Source: an uncultured delta proteobacterium (GTDB lineage: Bacteria > Desulfobacterota > WTBG01). Taken from it: DNA of 64,000 nt. The notes under the pieces are model-generated. The model was not told the origin of the DNA, ran no database searches, and worked only from the letters and a program-made list of their open reading frames with translations. The translations under genes and the position numbers were made by a program. Positions 9,223 to 18,783 of the stretch are shown piece after piece; within the stretch, counting starts at the first letter, position 1, and each line of letters opens with the position of its first letter. Where the stretch lies: positions 64,703-128,702 of the forward strand of contig CAWCBP010000004.1 in assembly GCA_963793865.1 (NCBI GenBank), in the 5' to 3' direction.

Positions 9223-10083
9223 CCCGGCAAAAAAACCGCGGCGGGTCCCCGCCAGAGAACGCTCAAGAAAAGCGTGGTCTTAAGCGGTGAGGGGCTTCAT
9301 TCAGGGATGAAATCGGGGCTGATACTGTCTCCCCTTCCGCCCAACAGCGGGATCGTGTTCGGCAACATCACTACCAGCGATACCGTGCCCGCCCACCTTG
9401 ACTTCGTGGAATCCACCGACTACGCCACCTCCCTGAAGAGCGGGCAGGCGTATGCCCGGACCATCGAACACTTCATGGCGGTGCTCCATGCCTACCACAT
9501 CAGCAACCTTCAGGTCAAAATCAGCGGCGAAATCCCCATCATGGACGGCTCGGCGCTTGAATTCTGCCAGCTTATCGAGGAGGCGGGCATCGATGAGCAG
9601 GACGCCCCCCTCGAGGAAATCGTCATCGAGGAGAAATATGTGGTCGGCGACCCCTCGCCGGACTCCAAGTACATTTCCATAGAGCCGCACCCCTCCTTCA
9701 CCGTCAAATACCTGCTCAACTACCCCAGCCCGGTGGGCAAACAGGAATTCTCCTTCACCTTAAAGGACGCTCAATCCTTTAAGGACCTCATCGCACCGGC
9801 ACGCACCTTCGGCTTCCTCAAGGATATTGGTGAGCTGCAGAAGCGGGGTTTGGCCAGCGGGGGAAAGCTGCTCAACTGTATTCTCATCGATGATGAAAAG
9901 GTGGTGAACACTGAGCTGCGCTTCCCGGAAGAGTTTGCCCGCCACAAAATCCTTGATCTCATGGGCGACTTTTACCTGCTGGGCAAACCCATACGCGGCC
10001 TGGTGACCGCCCAGATGACCGGCCACACGGACAACAGCGAGCTCTTAAAAAAGATACGTGACAGCCTCGGCGCCTTCTGGTAA
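9223..10083 (+). CDS. lpxC: UDP-3-O-acyl-N-acetylglucosamine deacetylase
   Basis: MPGKKTAAGPRQRTLKKSVVLSGEGLHSGMK...EHFMAVL...IPIMDGSA...ARTFGF..GGKLLNCILIDD...HKILDLMGDFYLLG aligns along its full length to LpxC (about 287 aa). It sits in the same frame as ntrX with no intervening stop. Confidence 0.8.
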   Translation, partial: PGKKTAAGPRQRTLKKSVVLSGEGLHSGMKSGLILSPLPPNSGIVFGNITTSDTVPAHLDFVESTDYATSLKSGQAYARTIEHFMAVLHAYHISNLQVKISGEIPIMDGSALEFCQLIEEAGIDEQDAPLEEIVIEEKYVVGDPSPDSKYISIEPHPSFTVKYLLNYPSPVGKQEFSFTLKDAQSFKDLIAPARTFGFLKDIGELQKRGLASGGKLLNCILIDDEKVVNTELRFPEEFARHKILDLMGDFYLLGKPIRGLVTAQMTGHTDNSELLKKIRDSLGAFW

Positions 10084-10173
10084 AAGGGTGCGGGGCGGTT
10101 CACAATGATACCGATCCTTGAAGGGCGGCCTTCAAGGATTTTCCATGCCACAACGATGCGGACAGGAGGAACC

Positions 10174-11828
10174 ATGGCGGGCATAAAGGAAGAGACAGAA
10201 CGCTGGGAACAAACCATCGTTAAAAAGTCCCTGCAGAAATTCCCCGAGCGCAAGGAGCAGTTCCGCACCACCTCGGGGATCACCATGAAGCGGCTGCATA
10301 CGCCTGCGGATATCGATGATGCAGACTATGTCACCGAGCTGGGGTTTCCGGGCGAATATCCCTTCACCCGGGGGGTACAGCCCACCATGTACCGGGGCAG
10401 GTACTGGACCATGCGCCAGTACTCCGGTTTCGGTACCGCCGAGGACACCAACAGGCGCTACAAGTATCTCCTGGATCAGGGACAGACGGGCTTGAGCGTT
10501 GCCTTTGATCTGCCCACCCAGATCGGATACGACTCGGACCACCCCCTGAGCACGGGGGAGGTGGGCAAGTGCGGCGTGGCCATCGACTCCCTCGGGGACA
10601 TGGAGATCCTCTTCGACGGCATACCCCTGAACAAGGTGAGCACCTCCATGACCATCAACTCCACCGCAGCCACCCTGCTGGCCATGTACATGGTGGTGGC
10701 TGAAAAACAGGGGGTTTCCCCGGCAGAGCTCCGCGGCACCATCCAGAACGACATTCTGAAGGAATACATCGCCCGGGGAACCTACATCTACCCGCCGCAG
10801 CCGTCCATGAGAATCGTCACCGACATATTCGCCTTCTGCAAGGATCATCTCCCCCAGTGGAACAGCATCAGCATCAGCGGGTACCACATCCGGGAGGCCG
10901 GCTCATCGGCGGTCCAGGAAGTGGCCTTTACCCTGGCCGACGGCATCGCTTACGTGGACGCGGCCATCCGGGCGGGCCTGGATGTTGACGAGTTTGCCCA
11001 GCGGCTTTCCTTCTTTTTCAACTGCCACAACAATTTTTTCGAGGAGATCGCCAAGTTCCGCGCCGCGCGCCGGCTCTGGGCCCGCATCATGAAGGAGCGC
11101 TTTAACGCCAAAAAGCCCGCATCCTGCATGCTTCGCTTTCACACCCAGACCGCGGGCTGCACCCTCACCGCCCAGCAGCCGCGCAGCAACGTGGTCCGGG
11201 TCGCCTACCAGGCACTGGCCGCGGTGCTGGGCGGAACCCAGTCCCTGCACACCAACTCCTTCGATGAGGCGTTCTGCCTGCCCACGGAAGAGGCCGTCAG
11301 CCTGGCCCTGAGGACGCAGCAGATCGCGGCCTATGAAACCGAGGTGGCCGACAGCATCGATCCGCTCGGCGGCTCCTACCTGGTGGAGTCCCTGACCAAC
11401 GACATCGAGCGGGAATCAAAGGGCTACATCCAGAAGATTGACGCCATGGGCGGGATGATCAGGGCCATCGAAGAGGGATACGTGCAGAAGGAAATCGCAA
11501 ACAGCGCCTACATCTACCAGAAAGAGGTGGAAAGCAAAAAGCGCATCATCGTGGGGATGAACCAGTTCACCACCGACGACCCCTTTTCTGCAAGCTGCTC
11601 AAGGTCAGCACCGAGGTTGAAAACCTGCAAACAAGCAAGCTCAAGAAGCTGAAGGCGGATCGCGGGATGGTGCCCGGGCAAGCAGAGGCGCTCGGCGCCC
11701 TGAAAGCAGGCCGCCGAAGGAACCGCCAATCTCATGCCGCCGGTGGTTGATGCGGTCAGGGCCTATGCGACCCTGGGCGAGATCGCGGACGTGCTGCGGG
11801 GCGTGTTCGGGGAGTATCGCGAGCGCTG
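10174..11828 (+). CDS. methylmalonyl-CoA mutase family, catalytic (substrate-binding TIM barrel) subunit without B12-binding domain; two frameshifts near the 3' end
   Basis: [60 protein letters not shown] is an MCM signature. The ATG at 10174 follows AGGAGGAACC. After residue ~470 the conserved C-terminal sequence ([23 protein letters not shown]... then [37 protein letters not shown]) continues in the other two frames, at about 11580 and about 11690. Confidence 0.7.
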
Positions 11829-12066
11829 AGGAAGGTTTTTTAGGATCCTGCTGGTAGTGTTTGGCCGTTTTTCCCTATTCGCGGATTAACATGTAGTCGC
11901 AGGCTTAAGCCTGCGTTCAAATAAAGGAGGGCGTTTAATTCTGCGCGAAGCAAGGAAGTCAATGCACAAAGAAAACGCAAGCTGAAGCTTGCGGCTACCT
12001 GGCGCCGGTACCCTTCAATTCGTCCAGGGCTAGAACATCATAGGCGGAGCTGTTGGACGCACTTTG

Positions 12067-13162
12067 CTACTGGCTGAACTTGAAGTGGAGCATGTCCCCG
12101 TCACGGACGGTATACTCTTTTCCCTCCAGGCGCAGGTGACCTTCCTCCCGGGCCGCTGAAAGGGAGCCCGCTTTCACAAAGTCATCATAGGACACCACCT
12201 CGGCCTTGATGAAGCCGTGCTCCATATCGGAATGGATTTTTCCGGCGGCCTGCGGCGCTTTGGTCCCCCTGGCCACGGTCCACGCCCGCAGCTCCGTGCC
12301 CACGGTGGTATAAAAGGTAATCAGGTTGAGCACGCCGTAGCCGGCCTTAACCAGCTGCTCCAGGCCCGATTCCGCGAGTCCCATGTCCGCCATAAATTCC
12401 TTCCGCTCCTCCTCGCTCTCAAGCAGCGCGATCTCGGCCTCAAGGTCACCGCAAATGACAACGAACCCCGCCTGTTCCCGCCGCGCCCTTTCTTCCACCG
12501 CTGCCGAGCGGCTCCTCTGCCCGGAGGTCCTCCTCGTCCACATTTGCCACATACAGGAGCGGCTTGGCGGTCAGGAGGGAGAGCTCGTGCAGGACATGAA
12601 GCTCCTGCCCGTCCCACTCCATGGTTCGCACCGTCCTCCCCTGCTCCAGGCCCGACTGCGCCTTGCGGTACACGGCCATTTCCTCCTCCGCTTTTTTATC
12701 CCCGACCCGCAGGAGCTTCCCCGCTTTTTCCATCCGCTTTTCCACCGTCTGCAGATCGGCCAGCATCAGTTCCGTGGCAACAATCTCCATGTCCCGCCCC
12801 GGATCAAGATCCCCGTAAAGGTGAGAAACATCATGTTTTTTAAAGCAGCGGACCACGTGGGCGATGGCATCCACCGCGCGGATGTGCCCCAAAAACTGGT
12901 TTCCCAGCCCTTCCCCCCGGCTGGCGCCTTTGACTAGGCCGGCAATATCCACAAATTCAATGGTGGTCGGGGTAACCGCGGGCGGCTTGATCATCGCCGC
13001 GATGGTCTGCAACCGCCGGTCCGGGACGGCAACCGTCCCCTTGTTGCAGTCGATGGTGCAGAAGGGATAGCTGGAGGCGGGCACCTGCGCCGAGGCCAGG
13101 GCGTTGAAAATCGTCGATTTGCCCACATTGGGCAATCCTACAATGCCGCAGGTGAAACCCAT
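12067..13162 (-). CDS. ychF: ribosome-binding ATPase YchF (Obg-family GTPase); one frameshift around 12446-12552
   Basis: The N-terminus MGFTCGIVGLPNVGKSTIFNAL (P-loop) and the C-terminal TGS domain ...KIHSDMEHGFIKAEVVSYDDF... lie in two overlapping ORFs (12446..13162 and 12067..12552) that together span 365 codons. Confidence 0.8.
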
Positions 13163-13354
13163 GCGTCAGGCTCCCCGGAGTTTTAAAACCTATTAATAGT
13201 ATGGTACACAATCACTCTTCAGGTGACAAGTCAAATGATTATCTGAAGCACAGGATGCCCGGCTCAAACCTTAAAACTCCTGCCGGAACAGAAGAGGGGT
13301 GTGACCGTCACCCTCACCATGCGCCCGAAAAATGAGCTTTCGGCAAAATTTTTA

Positions 13355-13382
13355 TTGCTATATTTCCCCGCCGTACTATAAT
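13355..13382 (+). promoter_or_regulatory. sigma-70-type promoter for hup (-35 TTGCTA, 16-nt spacer, -10 TATAAT)
   Basis: TTGCTA at 13355-13360 and TATAAT at 13377-13382. The SD GGAGGGAG and the ATG at 13447 follow. Confidence 0.55.
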
Positions 13383-13446
13383 GGGCGCGCAAGATTGGGT
13401 CGCGTTCATAAACAAAACCAACTAACAAAGATGGAGGGAGTACGGT

Positions 13447-13749
13447 ATGGCAACCAAGACAAAACCCATGACCAAGGCACAGCTGGTAACGGAGCTTTCC
13501 GAAAAGCTGGGCGCCAAAAAGAGCGACGTCAATGGATTCCTTGACACGCTTATCAATGTCGCCTATGGGGAAACAAAGAAGAAGGGTGTATTTACCATGC
13601 CCGGCATGGGCAAGCTGGTCCTGGTGAAACGGAAGGCCCGCAAAGGAAGAAACCCCGCGACCGGCGAAGAGATCCAGATCAAGGCCAAAACGGTGGTGAA
13701 GTTCCGCGTGGCCAAGGCCTGCAAAGACGCTATCCTTCCGTCCAAATAG
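13447..13749 (+). CDS. hup: HU family DNA-binding protein
   Basis: The protein is 100 aa. MTKAQLVTELSEKLG...NGFLDTLINVAYGETKKKGVFTMPGMGKLVLVKRKARKGRNPATGEEIQIKAK is the HU/IHF fold including the arm. Confidence 0.9.
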   Translation: MATKTKPMTKAQLVTELSEKLGAKKSDVNGFLDTLINVAYGETKKKGVFTMPGMGKLVLVKRKARKGRNPATGEEIQIKAKTVVKFRVAKACKDAILPSK

Positions 13750-13780
13750 CTTCTGCGCATCAGGGACATTGAATACGCAG

Positions 13781-13813
13781 CCCGGTACCCCGCATCGGTA
13801 CCGGGTTTTTTTA
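13781..13813 (+). terminator. rho-independent terminator after hup
   Basis: Hairpin CCCGGTACC-ccgcatc-GGTACCGGG followed by TTTTTTT. Confidence 0.8.
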
Positions 13814-14054
13814 TGTGTTTGAGACAGGAATGAAATTAGCGCGTGATAGTATGCGGCCTGCCCCGGCAATAAGATGCCTTACTTCTTCATCATGCCTGAT
13901 GAGGTCATCTTGACAGTACCCCTGCAACCCTATATAATCTCACTCGTCATAGAATACATATGGAAACGCTTAACCGCGCCGTTGCACCGGAAGGTCCATA
14001 AGCCCGCCGCTGGTCAAGAGCATTGCGCTGCGCACAATAAGAGGATCAGCACCT

Positions 14055-14267
14055 ATGGATAACATACCAAGGCTCAATAAGAATGTCATTACCGTCACTT
14101 CATTACATGATATTGAGGAAGAAAAACAATATTGGTTATCGAAGGGATCACTGAACGGATTGAAGCAATTGAATTGCAGAGAAGGATGGTTTATGGAAAA
14201 GATCGAGTTGCATCAAGACTTCAAAGACTTCTTGAGACTGCTGAACTCATACAACGTTGAGCTGTGA
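14055..14267 (+). pseudogene. short ORF/gene fragment inside a low-GC insert (13.87-14.30 kb); resembles the N-terminus of a larger protein
   Basis: The 70-aa ORF ends ...FKDFLRLLNSYNVEL*. Local GC is clearly lower than the flanks. No recognisable complete domain. Confidence 0.25.
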
Positions 14268-14304
14268 CTGATTATCGTACTTTTTCCACCAGAAGGAGTA
14301 ATGT

Positions 14305-15399
14305 ATGGCCAAGGCAAAAGTAGCAATCCTGAGAACAAAACCGGAAACGGTAGTGAAGGATTACCAGCGTCTCTGCGAGCTTGCGGGACTGAAAAGCGCC
14401 CTCGATCCATCCGCCAAAACCATTTTGAAGGACAACATCACCTGGCACAATGTCTTCCCCGGCGTGAACACCACCCCCTGGCAGCTTGAAGGCACCATTG
14501 AAAGTCTCAAGGCGGCAGGCCTCAACGACCTGGTCACCGTCCACAACCACACCGTTGTCACCATACCGGAAAAGGGGGAGCAGGATTTAAAGTTCAAGCC
14601 CATCTATGAACGGTACAAGATCCCGGTGCTCTTTAACTTCAAAGAATCGGACATGCGCTGGGTAGAATACAAGCCGAAGTTCAAGACACTGGCGCTGCAC
14701 AAGATTTTCCCGGAGGGGATACGCATCCCGGATTATTTTCAGGGCAAAAACATTGTGCATATGCCCACGGTAAAAACCCACTCCTACACCACCTACACCG
14801 GGGCGCTTAAGAATGCCTTCGGGGGCCTCCTCAACTACCATCGCCATTATACCCACACCTGGATCCATGAAACCCTGGTCGACCTGCTTGCCATCGGCAG
14901 GGAGATTCATACCGGCATGTTTGCCACCATGGACGGGACCACCGTGGGCTCAGGTCCGGGGCCGCGCACCGTAGTACCCCACGACCGGGGAATCATCCTG
15001 GCATCGGCTGACCAGGTGGCCATTGATTCGGTAGCCGCGCGGATGATGGGATTCGGGTGGAAGGATCTGCCCTGCATCTACCTGGCCCATCAGCATGGCC
15101 TTGGCATAGGAGACCCGGCGGAGATCGAGATTGTCGGTGATACGGATGCGGCCGGGGAAAACTGGAACTTTAAGGTAGGGGTCAATCTGGCAACCGGGGT
15201 GGGGAGAATATTCTGGTTTGACACGCCCCTGAAGCACCTTCAGAAGCTGTTTTTTCAAACATTTATCGTTAATATTTTCATCTTTGCCTCGGAGTTTTAC
15301 CACGATTCAATCTGGTACCGGTTCAAAGGGATGCCGGTTGTCCGGAAATGGGAAACAGAGTCACCGTGGGGACAGCTGTTCGCCCGGTATCCCAAGTAG
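14305..15399 (+). CDS. DUF362 domain-containing protein
   Basis: HMPTVKTHSYTTYTGALKNAFGGLL...MDGTTVGSGPGP matches the DUF362 family. GAAGGAG lies 6 nt upstream of the ATG. Confidence 0.65.
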   Translation: MAKAKVAILRTKPETVVKDYQRLCELAGLKSALDPSAKTILKDNITWHNVFPGVNTTPWQLEGTIESLKAAGLNDLVTVHNHTVVTIPEKGEQDLKFKPIYERYKIPVLFNFKESDMRWVEYKPKFKTLALHKIFPEGIRIPDYFQGKNIVHMPTVKTHSYTTYTGALKNAFGGLLNYHRHYTHTWIHETLVDLLAIGREIHTGMFATMDGTTVGSGPGPRTVVPHDRGIILASADQVAIDSVAARMMGFGWKDLPCIYLAHQHGLGIGDPAEIEIVGDTDAAGENWNFKVGVNLATGVGRIFWFDTPLKHLQKLFFQTFIVNIFIFASEFYHDSIWYRFKGMPVVRKWETESPWGQLFARYPK

Positions 15400-15420
15400 G
15401 CTTTTCCCCCTCGTTTAAAC

Positions 15421-15481
15421 CTGGACCAATTTAGGGTCACCCCCCCCTGTGATTGCCCGATCATTCAGGGCAGGCACGGGG
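15421..15481. repeat. REP-like palindromic element (copy A), 3' of RAYT
   Basis: TAGGGTCACCCCCCCCTGTGATTGCCCGATCATTCAGGGCAGGCACGGGGGCCTACCCCTACC. The core GGGCAGGCACGGGGGCCTGCCC is palindromic. Near-identical copies lie at 15743-15803 and 16088-16148. Confidence 0.8.
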
Positions 15482-15489
15482 GCCTACCC

Positions 15490-16083
15490 CTACCATATGT
15501 GCTCTTGTTTCATAGCATTCATGTTCTCAGGATTATCCTGATCCAATTCCCATTGCAATGGATTATTGAGGATGTACTCGCGTGCACGGTTTAACTCTTC
15601 TTCCCTGCGGATAACATGTTCGTAGTAATTGCGCTGCCACAATTTCCCTGAATAACGGGGCCATTTCAATTGTTTCACACCATCTGAATACCGTTTGATG
15701 GTCATGGTTTTAAAGCTTTGTACCAAGTCCGGTAATCCCTTTGTAGGGGCAACCCCCCGTGGTTGCCCATTATGCGCAGGGCAGGCACGGGGGCCTGCCC
15801 CTACCAAGACAATGATTCCATGCACATGATTAGGCATCACAACAAATGCATCTGTTTCTACCCCCTGATAATGTGATGACAATTCTTCCCAGATCACCTG
15901 AACCATCCCTCCAGCAGTATTTAAAAGCATCTGTCCTTTAATAACTTCACCAAACAAACATTGCCTATTCTGTGTGCACAGGGTTATAAAATACGCTCCC
16001 GACTGGGCGTAATCGTATCCGCTTAACCTTATTGAACGGCGTCTATTTCCTGGCCGGGTGTTTATGATTATGTCCTGTATCAT
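15490..16083 (-). mobile_element. REP-associated tyrosine transposase (RAYT, IS200/IS605 TnpA_REP-like) carrying an in-frame internal REP copy
   Basis: HUH motif NHVHGII, catalytic-Tyr region WQRNYYEHVIRREEELNRAREYILNNPLQWE. Residues VGAGPRACPAHNGQPRGVAPTKG are the translation of a REP copy (15743-15803) lying inside the ORF. Confidence 0.8.
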
Positions 16084-16087
16084 CTTG

Positions 16088-16148
16088 TAGGGTCACCCCC
16101 CCTGTGATTGCCCGATCATTCAGGGCAGGCTCAGGGGCCTGCTCCTGC
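16088..16148. repeat. REP-like palindromic element (copy C), immediately 5' of RAYT start
   Basis: Same roughly 60-bp sequence as copy A, with 2-3 substitutions. Confidence 0.8.
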
Positions 16149-16149
16149 A

Positions 16150-16243
16150 TCAAATACCCCCTTTTCCACGCCATTCATATGATCCGCGGTGTCCTCATGC
16201 AACGCCCATCGCAATGGACAATTGTAGGACCGGCCGGCCATCC
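16150..16243 (-). pseudogene. remnant of a second RAYT (C-terminal 30 codons only)
   Basis: The minus-strand translation NCPLRWALHEDTADHMNGVEKG parallels the intact RAYT C-terminus NNPLQWELDQDNPENMNAMKQE. At the DNA level, ccatcgcaatgg matches ccattgcaatgg. Confidence 0.6.
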
Positions 16244-17173
16244 CTACTTCATCTCCACGGTGACAGGAACAGGGGCCGAAGCAACATCGCTCAATACTGT
16301 CAGTGCTTCTTTGTTCTTTTGAAGCGTGCCGCTGAAAAATGCCGCCAGGGTACCGCCGGTAAGGGCGCGCATGCCGTCGCGGTCTTCACCGCCCGGGCAA
16401 GCCGGTGAAAAGTCCTCTTCATCGATCATATCCGCATGACCCAGTTCGGTAGCTGTGACCAGCCAGGAAGGACTGGGGTTGGCTTCGTAGAAATGGCGGG
16501 GCCCGATTTCCTCCGGGGCACAGGCCAGAAATCCCCCCACGACAATCGGCCCTAAACCGGTTCCCAGGACGTACGTCGGTATGTTAAAGGTCAGGGGTCC
16601 TGTTATTGCCAGGGTCTGCCCGAAGATTTCAAGTGCGTCCACCGGATCCACTCCCGCCAGCGCATCTATCTTTCTCGGAACTTCAAGGGCCATCCGGTAC
16701 GCTGTCTGCCCTCCGCGCGAATGACCCGCCAGGCCGAGCAGCCTCATATCAGCACTGACCGGAACAACCGCTTGCAGGTTCTTCTCGAGCCAGCGTATGA
16801 TCTCCACCCCCAGAGCTGCCTCCTCCTCGGGCGAGGGTGCTAATGACCCGTCCCCGGGAGGGTACATCTGCGGCGCAACAACAACAAACCCATGGCTGGC
16901 AAGATGGGTCATGATCGTTTCATATCCCTTGATGGATGCCGTAAAACCATGCTGAAACATGACCACCGGGTATCTTCCGCAGGCTGTCGGCGAATAGATA
17001 TCCATCTCCACCGGCGCATCATCGCCGGAAAGGGAAATCACCTCCACGGAAAGCGCTCCCGGTTCATAAAAGTCACCCGGGCTGACATAGAGGTCAAACT
17101 GACAGCAGCTCATGAGCGCGATTATGGTTCCTGCTACGATTACCATTATTTTGCACGGCCTGTATTTCCTCAT
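16244..17173 (-). CDS. alpha/beta-hydrolase lipoprotein (esterase/lipase; dienelactone-hydrolase or PAF-acetylhydrolase-like)
   Basis: Signal peptide with ALMSC lipobox; nucleophile elbow GHSRGG; 309 aa. Confidence 0.7.
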   Translation of the reverse strand: MRKYRPCKIMVIVAGTIIALMSCCQFDLYVSPGDFYEPGALSVEVISLSGDDAPVEMDIYSPTACGRYPVVMFQHGFTASIKGYETIMTHLASHGFVVVAPQMYPPGDGSLAPSPEEEAALGVEIIRWLEKNLQAVVPVSADMRLLGLAGHSRGGQTAYRMALEVPRKIDALAGVDPVDALEIFGQTLAITGPLTFNIPTYVLGTGLGPIVVGGFLACAPEEIGPRHFYEANPSPSWLVTATELGHADMIDEEDFSPACPGGEDRDGMRALTGGTLAAFFSGTLQKNKEALTVLSDVASAPVPVTVEMK

Positions 17174-17557
17174 ATAAACCTCCCCCGGCGTAAATTTTTA
17201 CTATTGATTAGAAAATAAACTACATGGAGGGACGCGCTCCGTCGCGTCCGAATAATACATGCGGCCATGACAGAGCATGGCCCTCCATCATCAATGGTCA
17301 TCCTGCGACTTGATCGCAGGATCCAATAAAATATAATAATACCAATTAAAAATTTAATGCAACCTTTTAATGCCCCAGACAAGGCGCGTGCAGCGGCAAG
17401 ATAGCGTTTGACATAATGAGACAGAATGCTACTGTATTTAACTATCAGCATCCGGTAAAGCATTGCCATGCACGCGCTCGCAGGGACGTTCAGCGCAAGG
17501 GAATGATCCGCGCACCCCGTCTCTGTTCCGGGCACACATACTGAAAAGGGAGGTCGC

Positions 17558-18491
17558 AATGATTCTCATCACCGGCGCCGCAGGCCACATCGGGAAAAGA
17601 ATGGTGGACAGATTTATCAAAAAGGGCATTACTGCATGGGCATCGACTGCGTCGGCAGCGGTCGGTTTCCGGAAAAGATCGTGCGTGCCATGGATATCAG
17701 AGATCCCTCCCTGGGGTCATTGATTGAGAAGAACGGCATTGACTCCATAATCCATCTCGCCTTTTGCACCAAGGCGACGAATTGACGACCGGGCACGCGA
17801 TTCCATCGACCTGGACGGATCCCAAAACATCGCCGACTGCGCGGTGCGGCACGGGGTGCGGAACATCGTTTTCGCGAGCAGCGGAAGGGTATACGGGGAC
17901 CGGAGAAAGCCCGGGGGATTGTATGACCGCTGCGGGAATTACCTTAACCCGGCGGATGATCGCTATGCCCGGAACAAGATAAAGGCTGAATCCCTGTTCT
18001 TCAAGGCGGGGGATGAGCACGGGATCAGTGTTGCCGTGCTCCGCCTGGCCATCGTCTGCTGGAGTGGCGGGGGAGCAGGCATGGGTGACATGCTCAAGGC
18101 AACCGCGAGAAGCGGACGCTTCATCACCCTGGGGAAGCACAACCCCCCGATCCAGCTGGTGCACGTGGATGACGTAACCGATGCCTGCTTCAATGCCATC
18201 GGGAAAAGCGGCATATTCGATATCGGCTCCGAGCAGACCATGCCGCTCCGGGAGATGTTCAGCGAAGCCGCCCGGCTTGGAGGGAAAACACCCTCCCCCC
18301 TTAAACTCCCTGAGGGACTTACCCTGGGCCTGGTGGGCCTTCTCTGGCGCATCGGCCTCTGCCCCGTTCCGCCCCTCTATCTTAAAATGTTCGGCTACGA
18401 CATCACCAGGGACATCTCGCCAACAGCCGCCCTGCTGGGCCGGCCGCACTATTCCATGAGCTCCATACTCAGGGAAATCGTTGCAGGCTGA
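17558..18491 (+). pseudogene. NAD-dependent epimerase/dehydratase, disrupted by at least two frameshifts
   Basis: The N-terminus MILITGAAGHIGKRMVDRF (Rossmann GxxGxxG) is at 17558. The C-terminal two-thirds (ORF 17844..18491, ...NIVFASSGRVYGD...) is in another frame, and the middle segment is in a third frame with stops. Confidence 0.65.
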
Positions 18492-18710
18492 TCTGCTCCA
18501 TCCAGCACCCGGCAGGGTGCGGAGGGACGCTCACACTGATTATCGGAGTTAAAGCAACCGATAGCGCCATCATATCGGCATACCGCTTCCTATTACCCCT
18601 GACATCATGACACAGGCCTGTCGATGGGATTATTCCTCCAACCTCCTTCTCCCGTTTATTTTGCGGACGATAAAAAGGATGTGCGCACGGGACCGCGTCT
18701 TCCTGATATT

Positions 18711-18726
18711 TGGTACACAAATTGCT
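18711..18726 (+). promoter_or_regulatory. candidate sigma-54 (-24/-12) promoter upstream of the kamA operon
   Basis: TGGTACacaaaTTGCT has exact GG-N10-GC spacing of the TGGCAC-N5-TTGCW consensus. It lies 58 nt upstream of the ATG at 18784. The window also encodes a sigma-54 activator. Confidence 0.45.
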
Positions 18727-18783
18727 TCACACTTCAGCGGGCATATATACACGCTGGATGCACTTTCACCTGTGGAGACATGC

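Noticed and set aside
9223-9240. Treating the ntrX-lpxC read-through simply as a single annotated fusion gene
   Set aside because: The 451-aa N-part and 287-aa C-part each match full-length standalone families. An A7 run sits at the junction and several other indel-type lesions occur in the window. It is therefore reported as two genes plus a finding, not asserted as a fusion.
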